Positions 1 through 13,049 of a DNA stretch of 64,000 nt are shown in pieces. This stretch comes from Eledone cirrhosa. Taxonomy: Eukaryota. Under the pieces are notes generated by a model. It was not told the origin of the DNA. It searched no databases and saw only the letters and a list, made by a program, of their open reading frames with translations. The stretch lies in assembly GCA_964016885.1 (NCBI GenBank), contig OZ024742.1:95790001-95854000 (forward strand), given 5' to 3'. The position numbers and the translations under genes were made by a program. The stretch's first letter is position 1; every line of letters begins with the position of its first letter.

Positions 1-591
1 TAAACGTATCTCTTAGAAATTCATAAATACCTGTGTAAACCCTTTAAAACAAAATTACAAACTAATTAGGTGGTCATTGAAATTGCTAGAAATAGCAGGA
101 AAATCTTATACCCTCTACCACATTAAAAAAAGAAAGAACGAAAACGGGAGTAACTCGTTAATATTTATTGAAATAGTCGAAGCGTTACTGCTTCGGACGT
201 GATAAAAAGGAAATTATATAGAGAATTTTAAATATTTCGAAAGCACAAGCAATCGTCGTGGACTTTATATACTAATTCCTTTCTTTCTGTGTTCGTGGCA
301 GCTGGCAGCTGAGTATCAACCATCCATAAATAATTTTTACCCGCTAAGAATCTCAATGGGGAAAATTTTTTTCAATTTCTGCCAGTATTACAAAACAAGG
401 TTATCTTGTAGTTACCCGCGTTAAATTGTTTTTTTTAAAGAAAGTCGGTAGTATCGGGCCCATGAACTTCATTTGTTCTCTAATTTGATAACTATGACTA
501 TGCATCAACGTGGTGATTTCTAAGTTTATTTATTTACACATGGTGGTGATACGGAAATAAACGAAGGTTTGACGATTGAGAAGGTTGACGA

Positions 592-2963
592 ATGGCGTCA
601 CATTCTTCTACTTTCACTTCTGACAGCCAATTCCGTTGTAGCGCCGATTTAAAATCACCAAATATTTCTAACACAAACAATACCAACAATAACACCAACA
701 ACACCATCAATAACAACAGCAGCAACAAAAATAACAGCGGTAAGGTCGAGAACGACAATAACAATGACAATAACAACAGCCACAACAACAATAATAGTAG
801 GAACAGTATCAACAAAAACAACAATAATAACAACAGCCACAATAACAGTAACAACAGCAACAGTATCAACGAAAACAACAACAACAACAGCAACAACAGT
901 ACCAACGAAAACATCAACAATGACATCGATACCTGTAACAGCGAACTCAGCACCACCAGCAGGACCAGTAGCGGCAGCAATAGTGGTGCCGTTGAAAAAG
1001 GGAACACTATAACCTTGATTAAGTGTCGCTGGAGATATTATTATATTTATCGATCCAGAAGGCAATGATAAAAACGACATAATCCGTTATAACAAAAATT
1101 CCCTTTTATTTGTTGTACAAATATGGAATCGAAAATAACAAGACAAGGTTGAGCAAGTCTTCACATCGTGTTGGCTGCATATTCCAGTGGGGAAGTGAAA
1201 GAATGTGGCATATCAAATGTCTTGATGGTGGTCGTTCAGTTAACTCTGTGTCTCTCTGCCTGTCAGCCAACTGTGTCTCTGGTCCAAGTAGTCCAGCAAC
1301 TTGTCTCGATCTGCTGAGGGCCCTGATTGGCTACTTCAGACAATTCACCTCTGTGACACCATTCTTCTGCCAAAGGAAAATACATTTAATCACAAAGGAA
1401 AATACATAATAATTCTGTTCACTACAACACTTCTTTTGCAGGTATCGCCCGAAATATCGAAACAGTGTTAGTCACAGAGGAGAAGATGGCAGTCGCAAGG
1501 GCCATGATGACAAAAAGTGCCAATAGAGTCTGCCTGAAACCTCCACCCGATTTTTTCAAGGACCAGCAGCTACGGACGGTGACTTACCGCACCGTAAGCA
1601 AAATCTCACATCGAGTGGAGAGAGTCACGGAGGCTCAAATCCAAAAGGCCTTGGGGTACGTCTGGGCATGCAAAATCCACATCACCTGAGGCAAAAAGTA
1701 CGCCACAGTAGACGTACTTTTTGCCACCCCCCAACAAGTGAAGTCTCACTCTTTGGAAACCTTAAAGAGTGAGGAGATAGTCTTGGTGCCCTCCTACAGC
1801 GGGCAGAAAATTGTGAGAGTCAAAGTGACCCAGGTTAAACCCGACATGCCCATACCTTGGCTGGCCGTGTCTGTCCTTGCTGGAATCGAGGACAGGACGA
1901 CCATGCTGCAAGTAGAGAAAATAATAGGGAGAGAGAACTGGTCAGGTATAGACATGAAAATGCTTATACAAACTGACCAGGAATGTATCGACGCTATCCC
2001 CGATATCATAGACATCGAGGAAGGACTCCAACTCCCTATAAGCGTAGAAGGAAGACAGTCAAAATATTATCTCTGTGGGTCAAAGGGTCACCTCAGGGCC
2101 TTTTGCCCGCAGAAGACAGTGAAGAAGAACGCCCCTCTCCTTCGAATACCTGGTCTGCTGCTACCAAGCGCAGGGCAGGCAACAAACACAGAAGCCCCTT
2201 CCACAGTGAGTAGGAGGGCAACGTCCGTGGCACCCGTACCAAGGCCACGGACAACTAAAGTAGCAGCATCAGTGGCGGCAACACCAGTAGCTACATTTGC
2301 AGTAGCTGCACCAGCAACAAAAGGGCTCCACTACCACCACCAACAGCCGTGGAGCACATAACCCTCTCAGACGCCACGGAATCCGACATGGAGTTTGAGG
2401 TGGGAGTGAAGTGGCAAACGGTCTGCCACAAAAAACAAAAAAAACTCTTAACTTCACCCTCCAAAAGTGAAGGCTCACAAAGAAGGGTAAAGGCTGCAAG
2501 GAGACTTGCAGCAACATCACCACCATCACCATCACCACCACAGGCACCACCGCCAACAACAACCACACCACCACCATCATCACCAAAAACACAAACAACG
2601 CAAACAAAACAAAACACACACACACCAAACAGCAATAAGAAGAAAACAGCAACAACATCACCCTCCCCCCAAAAAGTACACAGCCATAAACATGGCAAAT
2701 GAAGAACTCATAAGCAGCACACAGACATCACAGAAAAAAACTACTACACCCAACCAACACCAAGAACTCTCCCGACAAACATAAGCATCATTGATATCAA
2801 AATAGAACAGTACAAACTTTTAAAACAAAAATTCCCCAACACAGTTGGAGACTTCAGAGGGTCGATTACCAAGCGGATATACACTGACATACTCTTGGAA
2901 ATACCCATGACCAGTCAAAGGGATGGTTCTACTGTCCCTTAACCACACGATCAAGGTAAGTGA
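592..2963 (+). pseudogene. Tx1 ORF1 (gag-like, CCHC knuckle), broken by stops, frameshifts and a 406-bp insertion
   Basis: ORF pieces 592-1068 (Asn-rich), 1465-1689, 1738-2361 and 2349-2702 align with ORF1 of copy B (QIQKALG.VW, IPWL, ENWSG, VEGR, HLRAFCPQ, LKQKFP..GDFR). Confidence 0.8.
1024..1429 (-). mobile_element. solo-LTR-like insertion inside Tx1 ORF1
   Basis: 406 bp absent from copy B. TG...CA termini with a short inverted repeat (AAGTGTCG / CAACACTT). AATAAA on the minus strand about 85 bp from its 3' end. No clean TSD seen. Confidence 0.5.
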
Positions 2964-2995
2964 CCCTTTCTCACTTGCCCTGTTTCTCATCCAAC

Positions 2996-5900
2996 ATGGC
3001 CGTACTCAGAATAGGCAGTACAAATGCACGGGGCCTGGGGTCATCTTGGAAGCAGGGTCATCTGCTCAACGACCTCAGGTCACTAAACATAGATGTGGTG
3101 GTTATCAGCAAGACCAGAATCTCCGAAGCGCGAGCCTTCGCACCGATATTCGGTAGCTACGATGTATACGCATCTCCCAGCCGTCCAGGATCAGGGAACG
3201 GGTTGCCGTACTTTTTCGGAGAGGCTTGGATCTCCCCCATATGGGCCATCTTCCTAGACCCAGAAGGTAAGTTGGTGGTGCTGGACGTGACCGGCAGTGA
3301 AGGCAATGCTTTCAGGCTAGTAGTCGTCTACGTCCCAACCGGGACAGGACGGCCAGATTTCTTCAGACGTCTAGAGACCTTTCTTGGAACGTCCCACTCT
3401 TTAGTGTTAGTGGGCGACTGGAACGGTATCTTGGATGCACGCTGGGATTGAGTGGGGCTAGTGGATAGGGGAGGAGGGTACAAGAGCCTCACCAACCTGC
3501 TCAGACGTTTTGAACTGTCTGACAGGTATCGACTGGATCACCCGAATCTGCCAATGTGGACATGGACAAACCGCATCGGGTCATCCAGATCGTATCTCGA
3601 TAGGGTATTCTGCAGAGAACTAGATAAGGCTAGTATAAGTTGTCCACAATTTAAAATGGTCGACTACACAGACCACAAATTTGTGATCTGTGAGATCGAC
3701 ATAGACAGATTTCATAGACAAGGACCCGGTTACTGGAAGCTGAACGCGTCTTTCCCGGCGCGCAAAGCCTACAGAGACCGGATTAGCGTATTAGTTAAGC
3801 GAGCGTTGACGGAAGCGGTCATCAACAACAGGTGGTGGTTCACCCTCAAAAGGGCAATTAAAGTAGAGTCGATTAGGTTTAGCAAAGGACTAGTGATAGA
3901 GGAAAATAGAGTAGAGGGAGAGCTAGTCAGAAAGCTAGAAGAGGCATTTAGGACAGGCATCGCAACCGACGTGCTCTGAAACACGAGGGGGCAAAAGCCA
4001 TCCAATGGGCCCGGGTGGCAGAGGCGCAATGTGGAAACAAAGCCACAAATCGATCTTTGTCTGACCAAAACGGGTGCGTGTTGCTCGAACCCGAGCAGAT
4101 ATGTGAGGCTTTTCAGCAGCACTTTGCTGAACTGTTTGGGAGCAGCGGCAGGCCAGATCGGGGCATGAACTTCAGTGCATACCTCGACAGACTGCCTCGG
4201 CTCTCGACCGCCGCAGCACAGTGTTGCGAAAAGCCAATAACAGCCAGTGAAATACGGGAAGCGATGGCTAACTGCAGGTTTGGATGGTCTGACCTACGAG
4301 CTTTATGCATTTATGCCAGACTTGTTCGGTGACCTCTTGGCAGACATCTACTGCAACTGGCAGCAGAACGGGAGCATTCCCAGTTTTGTCAGCCAGGGAG
4401 CGGTGGCGCTGCTGAGAAAAGACGCGAACAAGGGGGATGTTATCGATAATTTCAGGCTCATGACCCTCCTAAATGCAGAGTTCAAGATTTTGGCCAAGGT
4501 GTTAGCAATGAGGTTGGCGCTTGTCGTCAAGGGTCTGTTGGGAGAAGTGCAGACATGCGCCATTCTGGGCAGATCCATACATGACAACCTCCACCTCATG
4601 CAATACATCATAGAGAGGGTGATTAAGGAACCTGGCACGGGTAGGGCCCTGATCAACTTGGATCAATCCAAAGCATTCGATATGGTCAACCATTTGTACC
4701 TGGCGGCGGTTCTCGAGGGAGCTGTTTTCAGGGGTTGGATTGCTGCGATGTACAGCGACATCTGTTCAGTTTGAGGGTGAACGGTCTCCTATCGCTGCCG
4801 TTCAGCATCATGCGCTCGGTCCACCAGGGTTGTCCCCTCTCCTCCCTCTTGTACATATTGGCTCTCAAGCTGTTACTGCACAAACTGAGTCGATGAGGGG
4901 CATCCCACGCGAACTAGGATGCGAGAAATCCGAGTTGGCTTACGCCGACGACGTCACCGTGGTGGTGTTGAGTACCAGACACATCCAGATGCTCGGTACC
5001 ACTCTCAAGGAATACGAAACGGTGACAGGAGCAAAGATAAACCAGGAAAAGTCGGTGGGCTTGCAGCTCGGCACCTGGAGAGGCAAGTCCCTGCTGTCCA
5101 ACAGCATCGTGGAGTGTTGGACGGAGGGACCGGTTAAATTACTCAGGATCTGGTTCGGACCGGACCTCCAGATGGAGAAAAACTGGAGCGAGGTTACGAG
5201 TAAGGTGGCCTCCCTCACCCAGAAATGAGCCGAGAGGAAGCTGTCTCTGAAAGGCCGGGTGTAGGGGCGATTGCGTACATCACATCCGTCATCTGCTACC
5301 GCCTCACTGTTGTCCCTTGCCCCGGCCCAACTCACACCAAAATGGAGCGCCTCCTCTTCCGCTTTTTGTGGACGTGCTCCCATGGTCAGACGATCCATCT
5401 GCTGTCAACACCTGTAACGTGGCGGACTGGGCATGCCATGGCTGATGGTGCACAAACATGCACTGAGGCTGCGACATCTCTGGTGCTTCCTTGACGGTGA
5501 ACAGGTGTGGTCGCCGTTCGCCCAGCACATTTTCCCACAGCTCATCTCCTTGACGGAGCTGCAGTCCTGGGTCAGGAAAAGACCGAGGGATAGCGCTTGG
5601 AAACTGGAATATCTCCAGGCGCTCACCGCTCTCTCCCAGTTGGGCACCAGTATCGATGGAACATCCACCTTGGCGTTCTATAGAGGACTAGTGGCGGGGA
5701 AGAGCGACAACGTTCTCGGAGAGATCCTGGGCATCGAAGAAGATCAGCTGTTTGCTCTCTTCTGGAGAACTTTCAGCCCAGGGCCTATGGATAACTTCCC
5801 AAAATCCCTGGCCTGGCAGTGCTACCGGGGAGTGTTGCCGGTTCGAGATAAGCTCTACAGGCACGGAAGTGCCGTCAGCCGAGCCTCTCCGAGATGCGCG

Positions 5901-6299
5901 CAGAGCGACGAAACCGTCGTGCACGCACTCGTTCAGTGCCCGAGTATTGCTGACTTGTGGAGCTATGTTGAACAGTTGCTGTCACGTGTGGGACTGATCC
6001 AGTTATCAACTGAGTCCATTGTGCAGATGGTCTCGCCGTCTTCCTTCGAGGAGGAAGGGCAGGCGGTTTTCATCTGCCTGGTGGCCATGGCGAACGAGAT
6101 TGTGTGGTGGACAAGGTTGAAAGGGTTAAAGACAGACACTTTCCTCTTCAGCGAATCCCTAATTAACTTTTTCAAGTTTCACTTGAAGAGGAAAATCAGG
6201 GTGGAGAGGCAAGTGCTGCCTTCTAGCAAGTTTGTTGAAAGGTGGATGAATGTAGCGAGAATGGTCCGAGTGAACTCTGAATATACGCCTGTAGTTTGA
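2996..6299 (+). pseudogene. Tx1 ORF2 (APE endonuclease + reverse transcriptase + zf-RVT), multiply disrupted
   Basis: Consecutive ORF fragments 2960-3451, 3452-3979, 4247-4774, 4740-5228 and 5433-6299 carry the motifs; ATG at 2996 (MAVLRIGSTNARGL). Confidence 0.92.
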
Positions 6300-6883
6300 G
6301 GAATGGAAACATTGAGAGAGGGCGCTTGCCCTGGTGGTTTTCGCCACGAGTAACCCTCAGAGTTTTCCCCCATATTGGGGAATTTTTCATTGTTTCAATT
6401 TTCATTTTTATTGTTTATATGTTTCTGTCTTTTTTTTTCCTTTTCTTATATAAATAATAAAAATCTTTACATGCACAAAACCCACATCGTACCGTCCTGT
6501 GCCATCCTGTGCCGTCTGTAATGTTTTTCTTGATGTCAGTCCTGGCCAATAAAGAAATCATTATTATTATGATACTGAAAACATTTAAGAAAATATCAAA
6601 AGAGTTCAAATTCAGAGAAGATAAAGAATAATACAAAATAAGAGAAAATATAGATATGAATATTTTTGAAAATTACCAAGTGTATAATCTTTTACTATAT
6701 AACTTGTGCTAGTTCATGGGCTTTGGTTATGCTGAGGTGCCACCATTATATGAAGGAGAATACAAGGATTGGTGAAGTACTTGAAATAAGAAGAAAATAC
6801 TAAGATCAGATTCATAGCAAGAAACTGTGTTTATAACATCATGAGGTCAAAATCGTTTGAAATTGTTCACTGTCTCAGTTTCG

Positions 6884-7165
6884 GGTGAAGGTATGTGGTT
6901 CAGTATTAAGATGTTGGATCTACAATCGTCATGATGTGGGTTCGATTTTTGGCCTAGAAGGTGAATTGTGTTCTTCAGCAATAAAATTTATTCCATGCTG
7001 CTCCATCCACTCAGCTGAAAATAAGTACCAGCATCAGCTGAGTTAACCTTGCAATGAACTGGAATCCTGTCCAGAGAGGATCTGTGTACTCTCAGTCACT
7101 TAACACCAATGAAGCCTGGATAAGCATGAGCCTAATGAGCATACAAGTGTGGGATAGACTTGAAA
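6884..7165 (+). mobile_element. decayed tRNA-derived SINE with V-domain-like body
   Basis: A/B-box-like head (TGTGGTTCAGTATTAAG...GGTTCGATT), then CCTTGCAATGAACTGGAATCCTGTCCAG, resembling the V-SINE core. Confidence 0.55.
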
Positions 7166-8164
7166 TTTCTAAAATTAAAACCAGTTTCAAGAATAATTTG
7201 GGTTTTGTTATATCTATTCTTTAATGTATACTATGATACTATTAGTTAGACAAATACCTATTAGTGCGTGGAATGATATTTGTAAAGGTGAGCACCCAAT
7301 CATAGAATCCATGCCTAACAAAGTGTTGAAAGGACTCTTCAGTCATGTTAAGTACATAACAAATTCACTTTTATAGGTGCCATAATAGGTGCCATTATAA
7401 TGGTTGGCATAAGTAAGAGAATTCAGCTGTAGGAATAATGACAATACTGCAATGTATGGAAGAAACACATGATTTTTGGCCCATTTAGAAGGATAGTAGC
7501 TTCAATTAAGTTTCTAACTTGTTCTTTAACAACTTGTTCAACCCATGCAAGCATGGACATCCAAAGGTAAAATGATGATGAATATGATGATAATCATTGT
7601 GCGTGCATATGTGTTTGTATATATATATATATATATATATATGTTTTGCTGCTCTTTATTTTTTGAATCAGTATTAGCAAAAACAGGACTGGTGCATGAC
7701 TAAGAAACCAAACCATACCTTTGGAACTGTGACTGTAACAATGATATATATTTTCATGCTTAACTTTTAAAAAATTGCTCTTCAAAAAAATTTAAATGCC
7801 TCACAGTTCAAAATCTTAACTTAAATGCCTAGTAACATAATTAGGTGTATTACTGATTAGGAATAGATGTGTAAATCAAAGTAGTAGATTGGCAGTGTTG
7901 TTAGAATGTTGGGCAGAATGCTTTTTGGTATACATTCTGGTTTTCAGCACTCTGATTTCAAATCCCACTAAGGTGTATAGAAAAAGTGCCAATCCAGTAT
8001 TGGGATAGATTCTTGCTGTTTTTATACCTGGAACTGCATCTGTGGCAAGAACGGTTATTCCAAATATTTAATTGACAGTATAACTTGCTCATGAAATTAA
8101 TGTACAGAGGGGGTGGGGTGGATGAGCATTTTTCAGATACATATATACTTAATAAAATTATCAA

Positions 8165-8330
8165 GGAGATTCAGCATGACACAATGTTTAGTAAGGCTGG
8201 ATCTTTGAATTACATGCACAACTTATTTTTTCCAGCTGAGTGGACTGGAGCAATGTGAAATAAAGTGTCTTGCTCAGGGTCACAATGAATCAGCTTGTAA
8301 TTGAATTCATGATCATATTATCCTGTGCTA
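8165..8330 (-). mobile_element. decayed SINE fragment (CORE-like domain shared with SINE family B)
   Basis: CAGCTGAGTGGACTGGAGCAATGTGAAATAAAGTGTCTTGCTCA is the reverse complement of the body of the SINEs at 25907 and 41682. Confidence 0.65.
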
Positions 8331-9231
8331 AACAATGAAACTACTAAGGCCTTTGTTGTTTAGATCTGGTGAGGGAAAGTTAAATGGCATGACAGCACCC
8401 CTTTGCCTCCATCAGAAGCTTATGGATGGATGTGAATTGATAATACAAGTAAAGACTATATGAGATGTGGAGCTATACATCATCATTATCATCATCATTT
8501 TAGCTTCACTTTCCATTCTGGCATTAGCTGAAAAACTTGTCAAATTCCTGTAATTTGGAAAGTTGCCTTGTAGTGGTAGATTTAATTGTTACTCAGTTTA
8601 ATCCCACCAAATAGCTCTCAGGTTACTTTTGCAAAGTTTACTCTATTGCAAGCATTTGGGCCATAAGTCTAGTTTGGGGATATTTTCTTCCCCATCTGGG
8701 ACTTGGCTTGGCAGCCTTGAAAAGTGTCATCAACAGAGACCTCTCACTGACTAAACAGTAAAGAAAAAAACACTATTTAATACCGCGAAAGATGTGAACT
8801 ATCAGCATTTCATCATCATTATTTTATTTCTGCTTTCCATACTGATATGGCGTGGACATATTGTAACTGTCTGAGACTATTTTGGTATGGTTTCTACAGC
8901 TGGATGCATGTTTCCTAATTCCAATCACTTCACAGAGTGAACTGAGTGTATTTTATTGCAGCACTGGAACTACCACATTACAGAGAGTACTAGGTGCATC
9001 AGCAAACTACTTTAATGAGTGTAGTGAGTACAATTTATTTCAGCAACAGCACTACTATTTTACAGATTGTACTGAGTGTGTTTTATCATGGCACCATAAC
9101 TAGCACATTATATTTCTATTCTATACTCAATTTTTTGTAGATATTTGGTGAAACACGCCATGGTAAGCTTGAACCTCAAATAAGTTGTATCTAATATATG
9201 TCGATTGGTGAGTGTGTTACCCCTTCATATT

Positions 9232-9400
9232 GGTTTCTGATTTAGGCACAAGAGCAACAATATTAGTGCTTTATTTTATCGACCTCGTAAGGATGAAAGG
9301 CAAAGCTATCCTCGGCAGGATTTGAACTCAGATCATAAAGGGCTGTAACTCTATGCCATAAAACATGTCTGATGCTCCACCGATACTACCAATCAATTGC
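9232..9400 (-). mobile_element. SINE family A copy
   Basis: Matches the family consensus (GTAAGGATGAAAGGCAAAG...CCTCGGCAGGATTTGAACTCAG...GATACTACCAATC). Confidence 0.8.
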
Positions 9401-9849
9401 CCTTCTTGCAAGCAGGGAAAAGTGGACGTAAAATGATGATGATGATGATGATGATGATTATTGTCTGGTTATATCTTCTATTCTTTGTAGTGATTTGAAC
9501 ATACAAATTGCTAGAAGGAATCAGATTAATGCATATTCATCCCCCCCCCCTATATATATATATAATGTGGTTGGTATTAGGAAGGGTGTCCAGTCGTAGA
9601 AAATCAGCTAGAAACACTCCTATATGAGTGAGACATGGTCAGCTGACCCAACTTGTCTCTAAATGGGACAAACCCGTCTAACCCATGCTAGCATGGAAGA
9701 TGGACATTAATCGATGATGATGATGATGATGATACATACATGTATGGGCTTCATGAATTATATGTGTGTAGGTTTGTGTATATGAATTCAAATATATGTA
9801 TATAGAGTTAAATGTGTATGTGTCAGTCTAAATACACACATACATAAGA

Positions 9850-10095
9850 TGCCAATATAATATCAAAGATTAGCGAAAAGGAGAATATTTATACAGAACT
9901 GATAAGAAATCTGCAGATACTCCACCCTGATTACATTGGGGCACTGGGATATGTTAATAACTGCCTCAATACAAATCTTGAGAAGCTAGGCTTCACAGGA
10001 ACAGAAAGAACACAACTAGTTAGGAAATTACAAGTACAATCCATTAATGGAACAGTAAAAATATGTAAAACATTCCAAAAATGTTGCATCTAATA
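9850..10095 (+). mobile_element. 3' fragment of an RLE-type non-LTR retrotransposon
   Basis: Manual translation KISEKENIYTELIRNLQILHPDY..IGALGYVNNCLNTNLEKLG...QVQSINGTVKICKTF; IGALG is the RLE C-terminal motif. Confidence 0.6.
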
Positions 10096-11854
10096 ACTGC
10101 ATATACACATGTATAGATACAAAGCATATACACATGCACACATACAACTCAAAACATCCACATCCACACATACAATAACATCCATATCTACACATGCAGA
10201 CATGCATACATAATCTACCTAGTTGATGTTGTGTAAATTCCAATGAGAGAGTCTTGTGTCTATGGTAAAAATGTGTGAAATTATAAAACCAGAAGAACAT
10301 ACATACACACATAAATACATACATCATACACACTACATACATACATACAAATGTATACATATTCATTGTACATTATGCATATTATGTTTTACTTCTCCAA
10401 ACCAGTTCTCAAGTATAGCAATAACAAGGGTCAAAGCTATAAATTAAAGCCATTCTCACCTCCAAATTTGTTTTCACTGATTTCTTATTCACTATTTACT
10501 CTAATGTGTTTACTACTAAATTGTCAACTATAACACTTTTATTTTCAGTTTGTTGGGAGACATAACATTTTTCATTCAAAACAATGTAAACATTGAAAGC
10601 ATGTATTTGACTGTTCGGATGCATATGTATATGTAATCTAAGATATACACACACATATATCTATGTCAGTGTGGTGTGTTTATTCATATTTTTTTGGAAA
10701 CTGTATACGTCCATAGATGAATTCTGTTTGTGTGAATCTACATGCATCTTTATATGCATCTGGTTGTTTATGTTTGTCAATGTAATTATATATGTGTGTA
10801 TATATGTACATATATATATATACATACTTATATATGAAAGTATGTATTATATATATATATACACATATATACACATATAGTTATACATAAATGTATATGT
10901 ATATATATATTAATATATAAATACACACACACATATATATAATGCTGTGAATAAAACTTAAAACTTGATGTTTTTCCATTATTACCAAAGGTGTTTACTG
11001 AATAATAGCTTTCATTTTAAATATATATATTTATTCATTTATTCACTGATTTTAACATTTTTTACGTTTTATTCTTTGTTTTATTTTTTATTGTTATTTA
11101 GTGTTTTTTTTCTGCATATGTTTCCTGTGTATTGTTTCCTTATTATTGGGTCCGCATGTATAGGAGTGTAGATTCCAACATTATTTGTTCTCAATACATT
11201 ACATATATTAAGCTGCATTCATGCTGTAGAGGAAGTGAGAGCCAGCATATCTGTCACATTTTATTGTATCATTGAACAAATTGCTTCAAATGTGTTTAAA
11301 GTGTGTTTTTACGAAAAAGCTTTCTTTATTTTGGTTTAAATATTCAGAACAAAAAAGAATAAAATTCATACAAAGAAGAAAATTAAACATATATTAATGA
11401 TATATGATAATAGTAATAACAACAATAATAATAATGGTAATACTACTAATAATAATAATGATAATTCTAAAACAATAATAATGAAATAGGTGAAAAAATA
11501 TAACTTTACAAACAAAAGTCAAGCTAGTTTTCACAATTAATTTCATTTCTGAGTAACACTAAAAAGAATAGTAGTAATATGAATATATATGTAATGTATG
11601 TCCATATTTGCATACATATATACAATCATACAATCATATACACACACACATATATATACACGTATATTCATACTATACACATATATGTTTGTTTACATAT
11701 AAATATACATACAAATATATATATATATAGCTATAAAAAAAAAGAACATTTTGTCACCTACTCAGCTAATTAACTTTCAGGCATTACCAGTATCTGTGTT
11801 GAATAATATTCAAACTAAAAAATAAACAAAAACGACAAGAGAATAATAATAATC

Positions 11855-12260
11855 TTTTTTTTTCATTTTGTAAGGTTTCACTAACAATCGGTTGCTAGGT
11901 GAAGCATGTTAATTGGCCTCTGATCAGTTCCTGATCTCATAGGCCCAATATATCATGCAAGATTCTGGCAATGCTAATGATGGAAAAAAATTGGACTCTG
12001 CCTATGAAGTTGGGGATTGCATTGCTTTTGATAAAAGACGTAAGGCATTTAGGGACTGAGCCTAGTGTCCTAATGACAATCGGTATGGTTTCTCTCTCTA
12101 CATGGTGTTCAATTATTATAGTGCCTACAAGGTCTGCATATTTATTGATCTTTTCCATTTCCTTGAGGGATTACAATATCAACTAGACTCCGCTTTAGGG
12201 GGTTGTTTGTTTTTACAACAATATCAGGGTGGTTGTGTTGGACTTTGTGGTCTTGATCTC
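11855..12260 (-). mobile_element. 3' fragment of an RLE (R4/Dong-like) retrotransposon
   Basis: ORF 11937-12158 EKINKYADL...TIPIVIRTLGSVPK matches the RLE C-terminus of the 52.8-kb element. Confidence 0.7.
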
Positions 12261-12269
12261 AATAATAAT

Positions 12270-12690
12270 TGTTTCTACTTTTGGCACATGGCCAGCAATT
12301 ACCTAGTACATTACTGGTACTTTATTTTATCGACCCCGTAAGGATGAAAGGCAAAGTTAACCTCGGCGGGATTTGAACTCAGATCATAAAGGGACGTAAC
12401 TCTATGCTTCAAAGCATTGTCTGATTCTCTATTGATACTGCCAATCCACAATGATAAATAATAATAATAATTGTTTCTACTTTTGGCACAAGGCCAGCAA
12501 TGAGCCAGTACATTACTGGTACTTTATTTTATCGACTCCGTAAGGATGAAAGGCAAAGTTAATAATAATAATGGTTTCTGATTTAAGCACAAGTGCCAAA
12601 ATTTGGCAAGAGGCGAAAGTCAAGTAAATCAAACCAATGCATTACTGGTACCTTATATTTTCAACCCCATAAGGATGAGTAGAGAGATTA
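12270..12690 (-). mobile_element. three head-to-tail SINE family A copies separated by (AAT)n
   Basis: Repeated TGTTTCTACTTTTGGCAC...ACTGGTACTTTATTTTATCGACCCCGTAAGGATGAAAGG units. Confidence 0.88.
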
Positions 12691-13049
12691 AGCTGGAAAT
12701 GGAAAGTTGAGTAGATCAGGCAAATAAGCTATGAGACCCGAGGAACTAACTGATGAAGTTAATAATCTAATAGTTGAGATAAATAACATCTGGAGTAAAT
12801 ATACAGCCATTGAGAAAATGAACACTGATGGGCTAGTGCAATATTTTGTTGATATTCTGAATTTAATGGATGAAATAGTATAAATTATCTATAGTGTCCT
12901 CCTAGTACTTTCATTTTTTACAGCCTCTAGGTTACCATATTTTCTCATTCTTTTCAAATACTACCAAGTATGAATATTAACACTATGAAGAAAAAATATA
13001 AGAATTACATTATAAGCAACAAATAGAATATGAAATGGATTGCAATTGA

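Larger units (their letters stand above)
440..6570 (+). mobile_element. Tx1/L1-clade non-LTR retrotransposon, near full length, disabled (copy A); 5' boundary approximate
   Basis: ORF1 remnants with a zinc knuckle (YYLCGSKGHLRAFC). ORF2 remnants with APE endonuclease (LRIGSTNARGL, GDWNG, YLDR, TDH), RT (LDQSKAFD, YADD) and C-terminal PRC..ET..H...C. Ends AATAAAGAAATC(ATT)n at 6548-6570. Homologous to the 46-52 kb copy. Confidence 0.93.

Noticed and set aside
534-1080. Leu/Val-rich membrane-like ORFs on the minus strand
   Set aside because: Antisense reading of the (AAC/AAT)-rich Tx1 ORF1 N-terminus.
1430-1445. TTCTTTTGCAG as the acceptor of an intron equal to the 1024-1429 insert
   Set aside because: These bases encode SFAG, homologous to SFAR in copy B, and no matching donor was found at the insert's left end.
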